A DNA stretch of 64,000 bases from Dipteris shenzhenensis. Lineage: Eukaryota. Where the stretch lies: the NCBI GenBank assembly GCA_047967505.1, contig CM106538.1; one strand, 5' to 3'. The notes beneath the pieces were generated by a model. It was not told the DNA's origin and did no database searches. It worked only from the letters and a program-made list of their open reading frames with translations. Shown in pieces: positions 25,376 to 38,576 of this stretch (its first letter is position 1; each line of letters starts with the position of its first letter). The position numbers and the translations under genes were made by a program.

Positions 25376-27099
25376 CATCAAACACCATTTTCTCACTTAT
25401 ACCAATGGACATCATTTTCATTGAAAACGAGTAAAAAGACTGTGAAAATCATCAAAATAGGGCCAAATGGTCGTAGTGAACAAAAGCAAGAGAGAGTCAA
25501 TCAAAAGATGTATCTAAAACGACAATGAATTGGGGGGGGAAGTGCAATATGAATCCAAGAGCAATGACTTCACATGGGAAACAAGGGAAACAAGATTTAA
25601 AAACACTAAGTTTAACAAGCAAAACATTGACTCAGCACGAGCCTTCCCAAGCTGATATGAACTATCAACAAACGAAAAGCCAAGCCTCAAACAAATACCC
25701 ATCTACCAAAAGAAATATCATGGGTCATTCACCATGTAAAAACCTCCTATATCACATGCGTTTAACAATTTTGGCTTTAAGAACCTTTTATGTATGTATG
25801 GTTTACATAAGTCCACAAGAAAATAAAACCCCTTTTGTTGAACTCATGTGTTGTCTTACATATTTTTTAATGGACTCCCAAGAAGAAAGATAGAAAATTC
25901 ACAAAATAGATCCCATTGCTAAACAAAACACACACAAATGCACCACAAACTCAAGACACATACTAGATGCTCCATGCAGAAAGAACCTTTAAGACATTTA
26001 TTAGATGCCCCATGCATAAGAAACAACATCAAGAAAGAAAATTTTCCTTAAATTGTATACAGCTAGATGACTTGGCAAATCCTTGCTCCTGTCATGCTCC
26101 AGAGTCCTAAAAATTATTACAACCCTTCTTAATCTCAATGGCTAGATACAAAACTACGTGACAAATGTAGCACGCATCAAGTAACTAGGAACATAGACAC
26201 CCAACAAGCTAAAATTCAAACAAAGAACTATTAAGAGATGAGAAAAACTATAAGATCCCACACACTTTCAAACACAAGCACCTACAGACCTTGATAGCCT
26301 TACCATATTAAAACATGGGAATTCAGAAAAGGGAGACATTGACAGGACATTGACAGAGACTGGTGGACCAAGGAGGTCACCAAGTAAGAATATCAGAAAT
26401 GGAGTGCTCAACTAAAGCAAAATACATAGCCAACATAATGCTAAGATTAAACTCCTAAAACCAAAGAAACATAGCACATTATAACCACAAGAAGCTGGTG
26501 GGGTCCAAGTTTTACATGGGAGTTTGGTTTGAGAGTTTTAAAAGCCAAAATACTTGGAAGATACTATTAAAAACCAAAACACACTCAACATGTAATGATA
26601 AACAAAGGCATGTCCCACATTAATCTAACTCTCAAGAAGACATTTAATAATAACAAAGCTTCATTAATGACAATCCCCATGCATGCAAGACTCCATGCAA
26701 TCAACTAGCAACACTTGCAAAGAAATAAAATGGACAAGAACTAGCAATTTGTAAGACATATAAATCAAGAAATATTAATCGATGTAAAAGAATTCTACAA
26801 AAAAAATCTTAAATTTTTGGCTAGTTACATTTTTTATTTGAGACCCATTGTAACCAATTATCACGCAGTAAAATGAAATATTGTGAAGATAATATCATGC
26901 GGTATTTTAATACTATGTGGTATTAGTTATACTATAGTATAATAAAATGCAAAATTAGCTTACTATATAAAGCCTACCGACGGTGAACAAACCCCATTTG
27001 GAGTCTCCAAAATCCTTTACTCAGATGTACCACATATTATCAATTTGTTGAACAAGTCCATGCTACCAATTTCACTTTTATCTTTTGCCATCCTAAACC

Positions 27100-27985
27100 T
27101 ATTTGAAAGCACTATTATAGCACTTTTTGACTACTTTTTAGCACCCTTTTTGCACTTTCAAAAGATTTTTAGCACTTTCAAGCACATGTAGGCACGTTAA
27201 GATAGTACAATTTTTTCAAGTTCCCTTAGCACTCTTTGAATACTTTCTTGCACTTTTTAGCATTGTTTCTCACTTTTCTAGCACTTTCTGGCAATTTTAA
27301 AGTGTTTCTTAGGACTTCTTAAAAATACTAAGCAATTTTTTAAGTCTTCTTAGCACTCTTTAGCACTTCTAGGAACTTCTCAGTTCTCTTTTGGAACTTC
27401 CTAGGATTGTGTAGTATTTTTCGTGCACTTGTAAGCACTATTTGAGAACTTCTAAGCACATTTTAGCATGTTTTAGCACATTCTACACTTTTTGGGTACT
27501 TGTTGAAACTTTTTGACACTTTCTAGCATTTGAGTTTTTTCGTATATTTTGGTCCGTGTTTGAGTACTTTTTGGCACGTTTGGGCAGTTTTTAGCATAGT
27601 TTAACTACTGCTTAGCATGCTTGAGCACTTTTTCAACACGTTTTAGCACTTGCTGGGTACTTTTAATCATTGTTGACGTAGCACTCTCTAGGCACTTTTT
27701 AGCACGTTTTAGTACTTTTTGGACACTTTACGAACACTAGTAATCACTTTTTGGCACTTTTCAACATGTTTGGCCACTTTCAAGGAACATTTTAGCTTCT
27801 AAACTCTTGTAGACTTCTTAACGATTCTAAGCAATTTTTCGTCACTCATCATCTCACTTAACACTCTTTGAGCACTCTTATGGCACTTAACCAACACTTT
27901 TTGAGCACTTTCAAATACTTTTGGGCATCTTTTAGGGCTCTTTAAAACCTTTTAGCAATAGCTAAAAGCTTTTATGACACTTCTT
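27100..27985. repeat. Degenerate ~10-11 bp periodic repeat (TTTTTAGCAC-like)
   Basis: Dozens of tagcact/ttagcac/ggcact motifs separated by T-tracts over ~900 bp. Confidence 0.8.
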
Positions 27986-28013
27986 AAGAGTTTGTAGTGT
28001 TGTTATCTATGCA

Positions 28014-28037
28014 AGAGAGAGAGAGAGAGAGAGAGAG
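28014..28037. repeat. (GA)n microsatellite
   Basis: Direct observation. Confidence 0.95.
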
Positions 28038-29678
28038 CAATCTTTTATAAGCGACCAGCCTAATGGTTGAAATAAAAAGTACTGCACTATTTGCTACCAC
28101 TGGGCTGGTTGCAAAACACTAGACTGGTTTACTCCAACCATAGAATGCATAGATTCTCAATTTACTCTTTACAGCAGTGACCAACCCGTCGTCGATATAA
28201 CTACCATCATACTATATGCAAGAAAAGTTCTAAAGAGAGTATGACTCCAATATACTCAAATGAATATATGTGTTACTTTAACACTTAGAATGTTAGAATT
28301 AACTCTATTTCAACAATTTTCGTAGTCATACCAATTCATCTTGATATATAATAACATCGTTAAGTCAATGGCTTTTGTAATAAAGCGGAGTATGATTCCA
28401 TAACACGCAAATAAATAGATATTATACTTCATCACTTCTTAGAATGTTTTCATCTTCAATATATAATAACTTCATGGAGTGAATGATTTTTGTGCATCTC
28501 TTGGATATTAAATAATGTGTTTTCTTGTATAAGGTGGAGTCCCAAGTGAGAAGGGTGGGTCACCACTAAAACCTAGAATGGACTGGGTGTCAAAAATTTA
28601 TTACTCTACATCCTTTTAAAAAAGTTCATTTGTGCACTTTTGATTCTTATAAAATTATTAGTTTTTAAATGTAAATTGAAAGTATTTTTGAATTTTATGT
28701 GATTTACAACACAATGTTAGGAATGGTCTCCTCTAATAAGCATGTTGATCCACTGTAGCCTTCACTTCACAAAGATAATTGTTATCACTAACTCTCTCAT
28801 CATTGTTAGAATAGGTATTCATAAGTACAGCATAGCGGTGTCAGCTAAATTGTGGAAAGTAGCTCTCATGCACACTTAGGTGAGAAGAGGATTTAATCAC
28901 AAAGATGAAAGGAGGCTCTTATCTCTACAAGAGTTCAAAGATTTAGAAAATGTTTGCAAGGTTTAGAAGGGAATAGAGGTGAGAGAGGTAACTAAGAGTT
29001 CCAAGGTTTAGAGAGGGTTGCAAGATTTAGGAGTTCAAGATTGCGCAGTCATAACTTCAAGGGGTAAAGCGTTCAAGAGGGGTGACAAGGCTAAGGAGGA
29101 GGATGGGGAGGAGGAGGAGAAGGGAGGAGGGAGGAAGAGGGGGATGGAGGAGGAGGGAGAAGGGAGGAGGAGGGAAAAGGATGGGAGATTGCAAGGTTAA
29201 GTGGTGCTATCACACGATAGCGCCACCACCTTGTATCCAAAATGTGCTCAAGCAGGTGTCACTCGGAAAGACTTTTTTTGGTCTACAAGGAATTTTCATG
29301 GCGACTACTTTGACCTCCATGTTACTCTCGACACACTCTTTTTAATCTTTTCTTGACTTTAATACAAATATCTTCTCCTTACACAAAAGAAAACACGTTG
29401 GCTTGAAAAAACCCCATTGATGTTCACTACCTTTGTGAAGGTGGTGTCCTTAGACTTTCCAAAATCTACCAAGATCAAGACCCTCTTGTCATCAAGCTCG
29501 GTTGTTGGAATGTACAATTGCATTATTATTATGGCTATCTCCTCAATAAGAGCAATTCTCTTCTTGTAATAACAGCAATTCTCTACTTGCAACCTGGTAA
29601 CAACGGTATTTGAAATTGTACTTTGCACATGCCTTTGCATTTACATAACCACCATAGCCATTCCTATCTTTTGACTGT

Positions 29679-29796
29679 CCATATCCTCTTGTTATGCTAG
29701 CCATTCTCATCCCCAAGCTTTGCCTTCTTGTTGGAGTCCATATCCTCTTGTTATGCTAGCCATTCTCATCCCCAAGCTTTGCCTTCTTGTTGGAGC
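29679..29796. repeat. 60-bp tandem duplication
   Basis: ccatatcctcttgttatgctagccattctcatccccaagctttgccttcttgttggag present twice. Confidence 0.95.
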
Positions 29797-29959
29797 TCTT
29801 GTCCTTTGCAAAGGTGGGGTCTTGGTTAATTTTGTTGAGGGCCCTTGAACCTTGCTCATGAACTCAAATTTCTGAGCGAGCTCCCCACTTACATAAAATG
29901 GATCACAGAACACCATTTGGTCGGGACATTGTGGTGGCATGGATACAGCAGTTCTCAAT

Positions 29960-31496
29960 TTACTTCTCTCAACTCTCACCAGTCTACATGGGCTATGAGA
30001 TGGAATGTAAACTAGCTGAAATAGCTATGCACAGTTGCATGCACATGCATATGACAGTGCAACGACAATATACTAGGTGCAGCTAGTAGCCCCACCTTAA
30101 TAGCATATTGTATTAATGCCAATAGGCAAACTGAGTGCTGTGAGAATGGGGTGGACTGTTCCTCTTCTATTCCCTGCTGAGCTATGGGGCTACTTGCTTG
30201 TCCTTCATCGAAGGGCTGCTGAAGTCTTGGAAGTGCTAACGCATACACAATGAGGAAATGGGGTGCGTCATATAGACTGGCACCCTTAGAGAGACCAGAC
30301 TGACCCAGGGCCAACTGAGACAAAAAATAACGGACTCAAAAACTACACCCACCTACTCTGAAACTACCCTGACCTGCTGCCCACATCAGTGGTTTGCTGG
30401 CATGGCTGCCTGCCAGCAGCCTGCTGACATGGCAGTCTGGCTGCTGCTATGCTACTGTTCTTCTGTCTCAGGACCCAATCTGTTGGTGCAAGTCCACTGG
30501 GGTTGCTAACACCACCACTTGATCATGGTTGTCTTGCCAAAGTGTGTTAAAACTTGGAAGCTAACAATTCCCCCCACACAAGCTCAGGAAAAAAATCAAC
30601 GCTCTAATACCAATACAACAAGCAACAAAACTAGTTGTTTCTCTTACTACACATGGGCTATCTGATTGAGTGTGAAATCGTAAACTGGCCTCAGATCTCA
30701 TAGTACACAGGGCAGCATCTGAAAACACAGTGCTCCTTCTGACTCAAATCTCCTGCAAGTGCAAGGATGCAAGACTAGATGCAACTAGTAGCCCCCACCC
30801 CGTCTTAGCAGATTTGTATTAACACAAATAGGCAAACTGAGAGTACTGTGAGAATGGGGCTTGCCGCTCCTCTTCTATTCAATGGGGCTACTTGATGGTC
30901 CTTCTTGAAGGGCCCCTCATGTAGACTGCTGGCCCCCTTGGAGAGACCAGAAATGATCCAAGGCTGACCGAGACAGACTGCAGGCTGACTCAAAGAGCAC
31001 CGAGGTCAGATCTACTCTGGAGCTCTGACCTGCTAATGATGTCAGTGGTTTGCTGGCATGGCTGCCTGCCAGAAGCCAGACTGCCATCTGGCAGACTGCT
31101 GGCCCCTTGGAGAGAGCAGATTGATCCAGGGCTGACTGACAGACCACACGCCGACTCACAGAGCACCAAGGTCCGACCTACTCTGGAACTCTGACCTGCT
31201 ACTGACATCGGTGGTTTGTCGCATGACTACCTGCCAGTAGCCTGCTGATATGAGGACAGCCACATGGCAGTCTTGCTGCTGCTATGCTCTACTATTCTGC
31301 TGTCTAGGGACTAGGTCTGCTGTCCTGTGATGGCACGGCAGTCCTGCTTTGCTCAGAGCTGCTGTCCTGTGATGCATAGCTGCCATGAGGACCTGCTGAT
31401 GTGTACTGCTGCTGACATAAGCCCATGCCTCTGATCTGCCTGCTCTGCTGCCCTAACCTGCCTGGAATATTAATCGGTTGAAACATGCCTGTCACA
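29960..31496 (-). mobile_element. TRIM-like structure: two related LTR-like repeats around a ~46-bp PBS/PPT core
   Basis: 30075-30475 resembles 30778-31310; between them a PBS-like TGGTATTAGAGC (minus, ~30601-30611) and a PPT GTGTGGGGGGAA (minus, ~30567-30580) followed by TGTTAG. Outer ends uncertain. Confidence 0.5.
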
Positions 31497-31702
31497 AATA
31501 ACCAGTAAGGGAGGGACAGAATAACCTGCAAGGGAAAGGCAGCATAGCCAGCAAGGGGATTGCCAAGGTGCCGGGGTTCAAGACCAGGGAGGAGGGGCAG
31601 AGCAAAGTAAAAGAGAGAGGGCGAGAGGGAGATGGGGATTGGGATAAATGGAATAACAGCAAGGAGGGGAGGCCTGAATAACCAGGTAGGGTGAGGCAGG
31701 AG

Positions 31703-32051
31703 TGCAACAAGACTGCTCCTAACTGACAGTAAACTCCCCTAAATTTGGTAGAATATGCAGGAAAGTTAGAGTAGTGAAGTACCTTATGTTTCAGGAAAAA
31801 GGTAGGAGAGGAAGATCATGGGCTGGATCTTCAACAGGGACTTGTGAGGGGCTGCGCAAGGACAGGAGGAAGTCAATCCTTTTTAGTATTGAACTCTTGC
31901 TGTATATTCTATTTCAGTAATGAAGTACAAGTCATGAATGTCTTGCCAAGTACGACTAGAGCCCTTATATAGGTATGGCCCAGGATAGTACAAAGCAATA
32001 TTGCTTATGGGATTACCTCCTAGGATGCGTAAAAAGTAACCCTCTATTACA
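31703..32051 (-). repeat. 3' LTR (349 bp)
   Basis: Matches 38590-39031 apart from 84-bp and 12-bp deletions, a 3-bp insertion and ~7 substitutions; PPT GGAGGGAGGAT at 32052-32062 (minus). Confidence 0.97.
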
Positions 32052-32415
32052 ATCCTCCCTCCTAAAATAGAAATTTGTCCTCAAATTTGAAAAGGCTGTA
32101 ACCTGGACATACAATGCTCCTTGTAAACCTGAACAGCTCAATTCTGGTCATATCAACTGCACCATGAAGTTTCTCAGTCAAATACCTCCCTGTAGGCATG
32201 CTGATCTATAAATGGATCATATAATATTCCCAAGAAATCAAGCAATTGGGTGGAAGAGCTATGCTGTCCAATATAACAGATCTGATCATATAATCCAGTG
32301 TGAGACATGCTGATCTGAGAAAGGATAGTGAATGCTGGCTGCAGCATGTCAATATATGCGATATAGCAAGAGAAAATCAAATCTGCTCATAAAGACTCAA
32401 TTTTGGCCATAGAAT

Positions 32416-32631
32416 TCAGGTAAGCAATTGAGGGTACTGCTCCACAATTGTAGATGGCTGCCAAGAAGACTCCTCATCAGGTAGACCTCTCCATTTGATA
32501 AGATATTCCATGTAGGACTTGTTCCTCAACACATGATCTCTAAATCCAAGGATCTTCTCAGGTATACACTCAATTTGGCAATCTTCATCCATAGGAGGTA
32601 GCTCTTCCATAACTTGCTCCTTAGGCCCCAA
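32416..32631 (-). pseudogene. Integrase C-terminal chromodomain (frameshifted from pol)
   Basis: PEKILGFR..EYLIKWRGLPDEESSWQP chromodomain pattern. Confidence 0.9.
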
Positions 32632-32726
32632 ATACTTCCTGAGCCACTAGTGATACATGGAATATACTTTGTGTATTCTAGAGGATGGTGGGAGCTCCAA
32701 CTCATAAGCCACTTCCCCAACTTTCC

Positions 32727-35369
32727 TCAAAACCTTGTAAGGTCCATAATACCTATCAGCAATTTAACATTGGTATTACCTTTCAAAGAAGCATGCCTAG
32801 ACTTATGTAATCTGAGAAATACATAATTCCCTTCTTCAAAATGAAGATCTCTCCTATGCTCGTCAGCATAATCCTTCATCCTTGCTTGGGCCCTTACCAT
32901 ATTATCTTTACATTGCTGTAATAGAGCAGTCATGTGAGCCAAATCATCCTTGGCTTGCTGGCTTGTCAATGCTTGATCAATAATGGTTGATGGAACATGA
33001 GCTTTACAGCCAAACATGGCTTCAAAAGCGCTCATACCAATTGAAGTATGCTTGGTGGTATTATAACAAAATTCAGCTAGATGCAACCATTGATCCCACG
33101 ATGCTTGGGTCTCAAAGCAAAAATGCCTTAGATACTCTTCCAACCAGCGGTTAACCTTCTCTGTTTGCCCATCAGTTTGAAGGTGATCTGCTGTACTTGG
33201 GGTAAGAAGTGTTCCCATGGAACTGAAAAGCTCTTGCCAAAAATGCCCCATGAACTTAGCATCACGATCACTCATAATCTCTTGAGGAAGTCCATGTAAT
33301 TTAAACACATTCTCCATGAATTGCTTAGCCACCTTGGAAGCTGTAAATTGGGTCTTAGTAGGAATGAAGTGGGCAGCTTTAGTAAGTCTATCAACAACCA
33401 CAAAGATACTGTTCCAACCCTTAGAGGTCACTAGTAGACCTGTAATAAAGTCCATGCTGATATGTGTCCATTTACCTTGAGGTATAGGTAGAGGTTGTAG
33501 TAGACCAGCTGGCCTCAAATTCAACTCCCTGTTTTGTTGGCAGGGCTTACAGCTTTGAACATAAGCAAGAACATCCTTCCAAAGCCCCTTCCAGTAAAAA
33601 CTCTGTTTTACCTTATCATACGTCTTGTTGAGGCCTATATGCCCAGCCATAGGAGATGAGTGAAATTCCTGCAAGATTGGCAGCTCATAGGAGGAATTTT
33701 CAGTAAGAAATATTCTATCATTATACCACAAGAGCCCATTGTGCAACTTGAAATTGGAATATTGCTGACAGTCAGGATCTTGCAAGTCTTGGAACATAGC
33801 AGCTGCTTGAGGATCATTGAGATACTCTTCTTGAATGCCATGGATCCAATCTTTATAAACCTCAGTATTAGATGATAAAGTACAAGCCCATATCCTAGAA
33901 AGAGAATCTGCCACAATGTTTTCTTTGCCCATCTTGTAATCTATGTCAAAGTCATAGTTTTGCACAATGGATAGCCATCTCCTTTGCTTGGGTGATAGAG
34001 AAGACTGAGATAGAAAATATCTGAGAGTCTTATGATCAATCTTGACCTTGAAATGGCTGCCATAAATGTAGTGGTGCCACTTTTTGATTGCATGAAGTAT
34101 TGCCAATATCTCTTGGTCATAAATGTGGAAACTTGACTCTTTGTCATCCAATTTCCGACTTTCAAAGGCAATAACTCCATGACTCTGCTTTAGGACAGCT
34201 CCAATGCCCCTTCCACTAGCATCAGCCTCAATTATAAAAGGTTGAGAGAAATCAGGACATACCAAGATAGGCGCTGAAGTAAATGCCTCCTTTAATGCTT
34301 CAAAGCTCTTATTGGCACTGTCAGACCATTGGAAAGCATTCTTTTTTAGAAGCTCAGTGAGAGGAGCTGCCAATTTGGCAAAATGCCTTATAAACCTTCT
34401 ATAAAATGATGCTAGACCAAGGAATCTCAGCTGAGTGATATTCTCAGGTATAGGCCAATCCTTTACACACTTTACCTTGCTGGGATCCACCTTAATGCCA
34501 CTACTGCTGACAATATGGCCCAAATATTCCACTTCTTCAGCCATGAAAGTGCATTTACTTGATTTGGCATACAACTGGTGTGTCCTCAATACTTCCAATA
34601 CTTGTTGGACATGCAATAAATGCTCTTCTTTCATTTTGTTGTAGATCAATATATCATCAAAGAATACCAACACAAATTTATAGAGGAAAGGCTGCAATAC
34701 CTTGTTCATTAGGGCCTGGAAAGTTGCAGGTGCATTGGTTAGGCCAAATGCCATCACTTTGAATTGATAAAGCCCACGTTCTGCCCTGAAGGCAGTTTTA
34801 TGTTCATCTCCCTCCTTCATCCTTATTTGATGATAGCCTGACCTTAAGTCAATCTTTGTGAAGTACTTTGCCCCTCTAAGCTCATCCAGTAGATCATCAA
34901 TTCTAGGGATAGGAAACCTATTCTTAACTGTCATTTTGTTCAAATCCCTGTTATCAATACACATTCTAAATGAGCCATCCTTCTTCTTAACCAATAACAC
35001 AGGAGAGGCAAAGGGTGACTGACTGTGTGTAATAAATTCCTTGTCAAGGAGTTCCTTTATTTGCCTTGCCACCTCTTCCCTTTCAGCTCTAGAAAGTCTA
35101 TATGGAGCTTTGTTGATTGACTTAGATCCTAGCTTCAACACAATTGCATGATCCACATCTCTCATGGGAGGGAGATGGTTGGAAAGATCAGCAAATACAT
35201 CAAAGTATTGCTGTAATAGGGACTGCATGTCTGTATCCTCCACCAACAACCCATTACCCTCTTGAGACTTGGTCAACTGAATAGCATAGACTCCACAAAC
35301 ACTTTTCAGGTCTCTGGCCATTCTTCTTGCTGAAATTAAGGACAATTTAGAAGATTGGTGACCCATCAA
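32727..35369 (-). CDS. Gypsy pol (RT, RNase H, integrase), 880-aa open segment of a disrupted polyprotein
   Basis: FRMCIDNRDLN, IDLRSGYHQIR, MAFGLTNAPATF, FFDDILI; EADASGRGIGAVL; H..H..C..C integrase zinc finger; SMDFITGL, IMSDRD, QTDGQTE. Confidence 0.95.
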   Translation of the reverse strand: MMGHQSSKLSLISARRMARDLKSVCGVYAIQLTKSQEGNGLLVEDTDMQSLLQQYFDVFADLSNHLPPMRDVDHAIVLKLGSKSINKAPYRLSRAEREEVARQIKELLDKEFITHSQSPFASPVLLVKKKDGSFRMCIDNRDLNKMTVKNRFPIPRIDDLLDELRGAKYFTKIDLRSGYHQIRMKEGDEHKTAFRAERGLYQFKVMAFGLTNAPATFQALMNKVLQPFLYKFVLVFFDDILIYNKMKEEHLLHVQQVLEVLRTHQLYAKSSKCTFMAEEVEYLGHIVSSSGIKVDPSKVKCVKDWPIPENITQLRFLGLASFYRRFIRHFAKLAAPLTELLKKNAFQWSDSANKSFEALKEAFTSAPILVCPDFSQPFIIEADASGRGIGAVLKQSHGVIAFESRKLDDKESSFHIYDQEILAILHAIKKWHHYIYGSHFKVKIDHKTLRYFLSQSSLSPKQRRWLSIVQNYDFDIDYKMGKENIVADSLSRIWACTLSSNTEVYKDWIHGIQEEYLNDPQAAAMFQDLQDPDCQQYSNFKLHNGLLWYNDRIFLTENSSYELPILQEFHSSPMAGHIGLNKTYDKVKQSFYWKGLWKDVLAYVQSCKPCQQNRELNLRPAGLLQPLPIPQGKWTHISMDFITGLLVTSKGWNSIFVVVDRLTKAAHFIPTKTQFTASKVAKQFMENVFKLHGLPQEIMSDRDAKFMGHFWQELFSSMGTLLTPSTADHLQTDGQTEKVNRWLEEYLRHFCFETQASWDQWLHLAEFCYNTTKHTSIGMSAFEAMFGCKAHVPSTIIDQALTSQQAKDDLAHMTALLQQCKDNMVRAQARMKDYADEHRRDLHFEEGNYVFLRLHKSRHASLKGNTNVKLLIGIMDLTRF

Positions 35370-37800
35370 AGTGATGTGACAATTTAGAAGATTGGTGACC
35401 CATCAAAGTGATGTGCTTACCTTCATGCATAAACTTCATATACAGTCTGTTAAGGTCCATAGAGAATTCTCCCGAGGTTCTCAACCATTCACAACCAAGG
35501 ACAATGTCAATAGGTCCCATTTCCAAGATAAATAGATCTCCATGAAAAGTATAGTCTTGAGAAAGTTGCACTTGAGCACCCTGACAATATTGCTTACTGT
35601 GGGAATGTTGACCATTAGCCACCTCAACTTTGATCCCATGATCCAAAGTGGATGGGCATAACCTCACTGTTTGAAGTGTCTTTGCATTAATGAAGTTATG
35701 AGTGCTCCCACTGTCAACCAAAATGTGGACTGGTCTGTTATTGATTGATTCCTTTTAACCTAAGGGTTTGAGAGCCCTTGCAGCGTGTATCCCAATACAC
35801 TTCATCATCATCAACAACATCATTTCCATTAGAATTTCGAATCTCATCCTCATAATCTTCAACAACTTCAATGTTCCATTATCTAGATCTATTTGAGCAC
35901 CTTGGTAAACTATCATCCATAAACATGGTGTCAAACATGGATAACCCACCTAGATCAAAGGGAAAGGTGGTCCCCCCTTTGGAACTATGATCCTCATCAT
36001 CATCAAGGCCTTCATTCACACAGTCCTGCTATTCATGAAATTCAGATTCTGCTACAAAAGTATTAGGAGATAAATCCTCATCAATCTCTAGAATCAAGCT
36101 CAACTTTGCTCCTGTTTTTGCTTTGCACACATTCCTATGTTCAGGGGTCCACTTCTCACCACGAAGGAAGCACAAATTCTTCTTCTTCCTGTCATCAATA
36201 ATTGCTTGAGATAACTGCTTAACCAACTTGTTTCTTTTATCACTCAGATCATCCTTTGGAGTGGGTTTAAAGGATGACTTTACATCTGTAGCCTTGTAAG
36301 CCTTAGGTTGTCCCATGCCACTGCCATACAGTGTGGGGAACCTAGAAATAGAAGAAGTTGTAGCAGGTGCAAGAAGTTTGCTTTCATCATTGGAAACCCC
36401 TTTGACCATAAGTTTAGTCCCAAAGTGATCAATACCCAAAGTCTTCTCCTTCCCATTGAAATAGAGGAAGTTGTAGCAGGTGCAAGAAGTTTGCTTTCAT
36501 CATTGGAAACCCCTTTGACCATAAGTTTAGTTCCAAAGTGACCAATACCCAAAGTCTTCTCCTTCCCATTGTATTTGGGTTCATTAAGCTCTGCCAACTA
36601 CATGGCCTCTTTAAGAGAATTGGGCTTTTGAGCTGCAACATCTGAAGCAATACTAGGGTGCAGACCATGGATGAACTTGAGCATTCTAACTCTTTCATCA
36701 ATACCATGAATAAACAGAGCCAATTTTCAAAACTGTTTGATATAAATTTTCACTAATCCTTGCTGAGTAAGATCATACCACTTACAAATATATTGATCCC
36801 TAGTAAAAGGAGATATAAAAGTTTTAAGCATTTCAACCTTGAATTCATCCCAAGCATTAAAAGTTAACCCTTCTCGCTGTAGATGCCTCCACCAAGAGTG
36901 GGCATAATCTTCCAGATGAAGAACAACAAATCTAATTTTACCTTGATCATCCTTTGGATATAGAAGGAAGTAGTCATCCATCTTACTGAGCCATTCCTCC
37001 AATTCCTCAGGAGAGGTAGAATCACCTTTGAATTTAGGAAGTATAATCTTGTCTTTCATATCTTTGTCTTGATGAACAGGTCCTTTTGGTTCAATAGATT
37101 TAATTGTTTGTATATATTGCTCGAATGTCATTGCTGCCCTAAGGTCTGCTGATAGCAACTTATATTCAGGGAATTTTTTACACAACTCTTCAGCTGCTAA
37201 ACAGTTATTATTAGGAGTCTTACCATGTGCTGAATCCTTATCCATATGAGTTGTAACTCCACTAGAGTGATAGGTCCTTCGGGCAAAAGCCATAAAACCA
37301 ACCGGTTCAGTTACATGTATAGGATGATCATCATCATCATCTGAACCTGAGTCTCCATCAATTTGGGAATCCACAGGTCTCTTCCCATCACAAATTTGGC
37401 TTCTCTTGAACTGATCAAACCTTTTATTAAAAGTGGCAGACATGTTCTGCATCCTTTGGTCAATGCTCTGATTATTGGTCTTAATCTCATTAGTTAACTC
37501 CTTGAATATCTGTAGCATTGGGTCCATACAACTCTTTATGATCTGCTCTTGGTGAAGGGATGCTTGTACTTGAGGAGTTGCTGCTAAATCCCCTTGAACA
37601 TTGTCAACATGAGGATCATTGGGCTCAAAAGCTACAGCCTGATCATCAACTGGTTCCTTTTCTGAGATGGAATCAAAGATACCCATTGGTTGCTTACTAG
37701 CTTGACCAGTAGACCTCTTGACAGGCATCTTTAATGACTTGAATCTAGAGTAAATGGACTGTCTTAAGCCCTGATCAAAAACCACTACCAAAAGCCCCAA
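35347..37800 (-). pseudogene. Gypsy gag and protease, frameshifted
   Basis: Gag LPKFKGD..EWLSKMDDYF..LEDYAHSWW..WDEFK (36727-37800); LCFLRGEKWTPEHRNVC knuckle relic; protease LVDSGSTHNFI (~35690-35722). Confidence 0.9.
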
Positions 37801-38576
37801 ATGCTAGTTTTGCCCTAATTTCGCAGGTCAACTTTCAAAGAGAAAACTTGAAATTTCCCACTTGATTAGGCGATCCTTATGCCAAGACTGAACCAAAAAG
37901 CCAATCAGGAGTAGAAATTTATAACATTACACCTGGATTGCAAGAAATTGCTAGATCTTTTGGCAAATATCAACCCTGCACTAACTGTTGCAACTGAATT
38001 TCGAATTGCTCATTAACAAAAGTCCAAATCAATATCACTTAATCAGTTGCATCCATGGAGCTAGGCGACCATATGCACTACAGCTGACCCAAAATGGAGC
38101 TGTACATCAGAAATTCGCAGCAGTTCCTCCATGCCAACCAGTCGAGAATTGCTCATAACTCCCCCAAACCATCTCGGATCACCACCAGACTTAGGGAGCA
38201 GCCTCAAGAGATTGAGGCGAACAGATCAAGCCAAGAATGACTTAGTTTGGTGCAGGAAAACAGCAGATCGTCACTTTCTTCAGTTTCTTGCACCAGAGAG
38301 AAAACCACTTCAATGTTGACTCAATCCTCCACCATTTTAGGATTCCCACACATAGAAATGATCAGGGAAGCAAGGGCTTTCCACTGATGCAAGAAGCCCC
38401 AAATTCTGAGCACTTTGAAAATCAGGGTTTCTCAGAGCCTGCCATGTGGCAGCTCACAACAGAAAGTACTTCTGGCGCTGAATTTTTGCAGAGAGGTAGG
38501 CCCCAGGCTCAAGAGTAGATGCTCCAAATTTCAAAGTGATTGGACAAAGAATTTCCCACAAATTCCCACGAAAAGT

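Noticed and set aside
27100-27985. Interstitial telomeric repeat
   Set aside because: Units are TTTTAGCAC-like with ~10-11 bp period, not TTTAGGG.
29018-29345. Glu/Gly/Arg-rich ORFs
   Set aside because: Derived from a GA-rich low-complexity tract.
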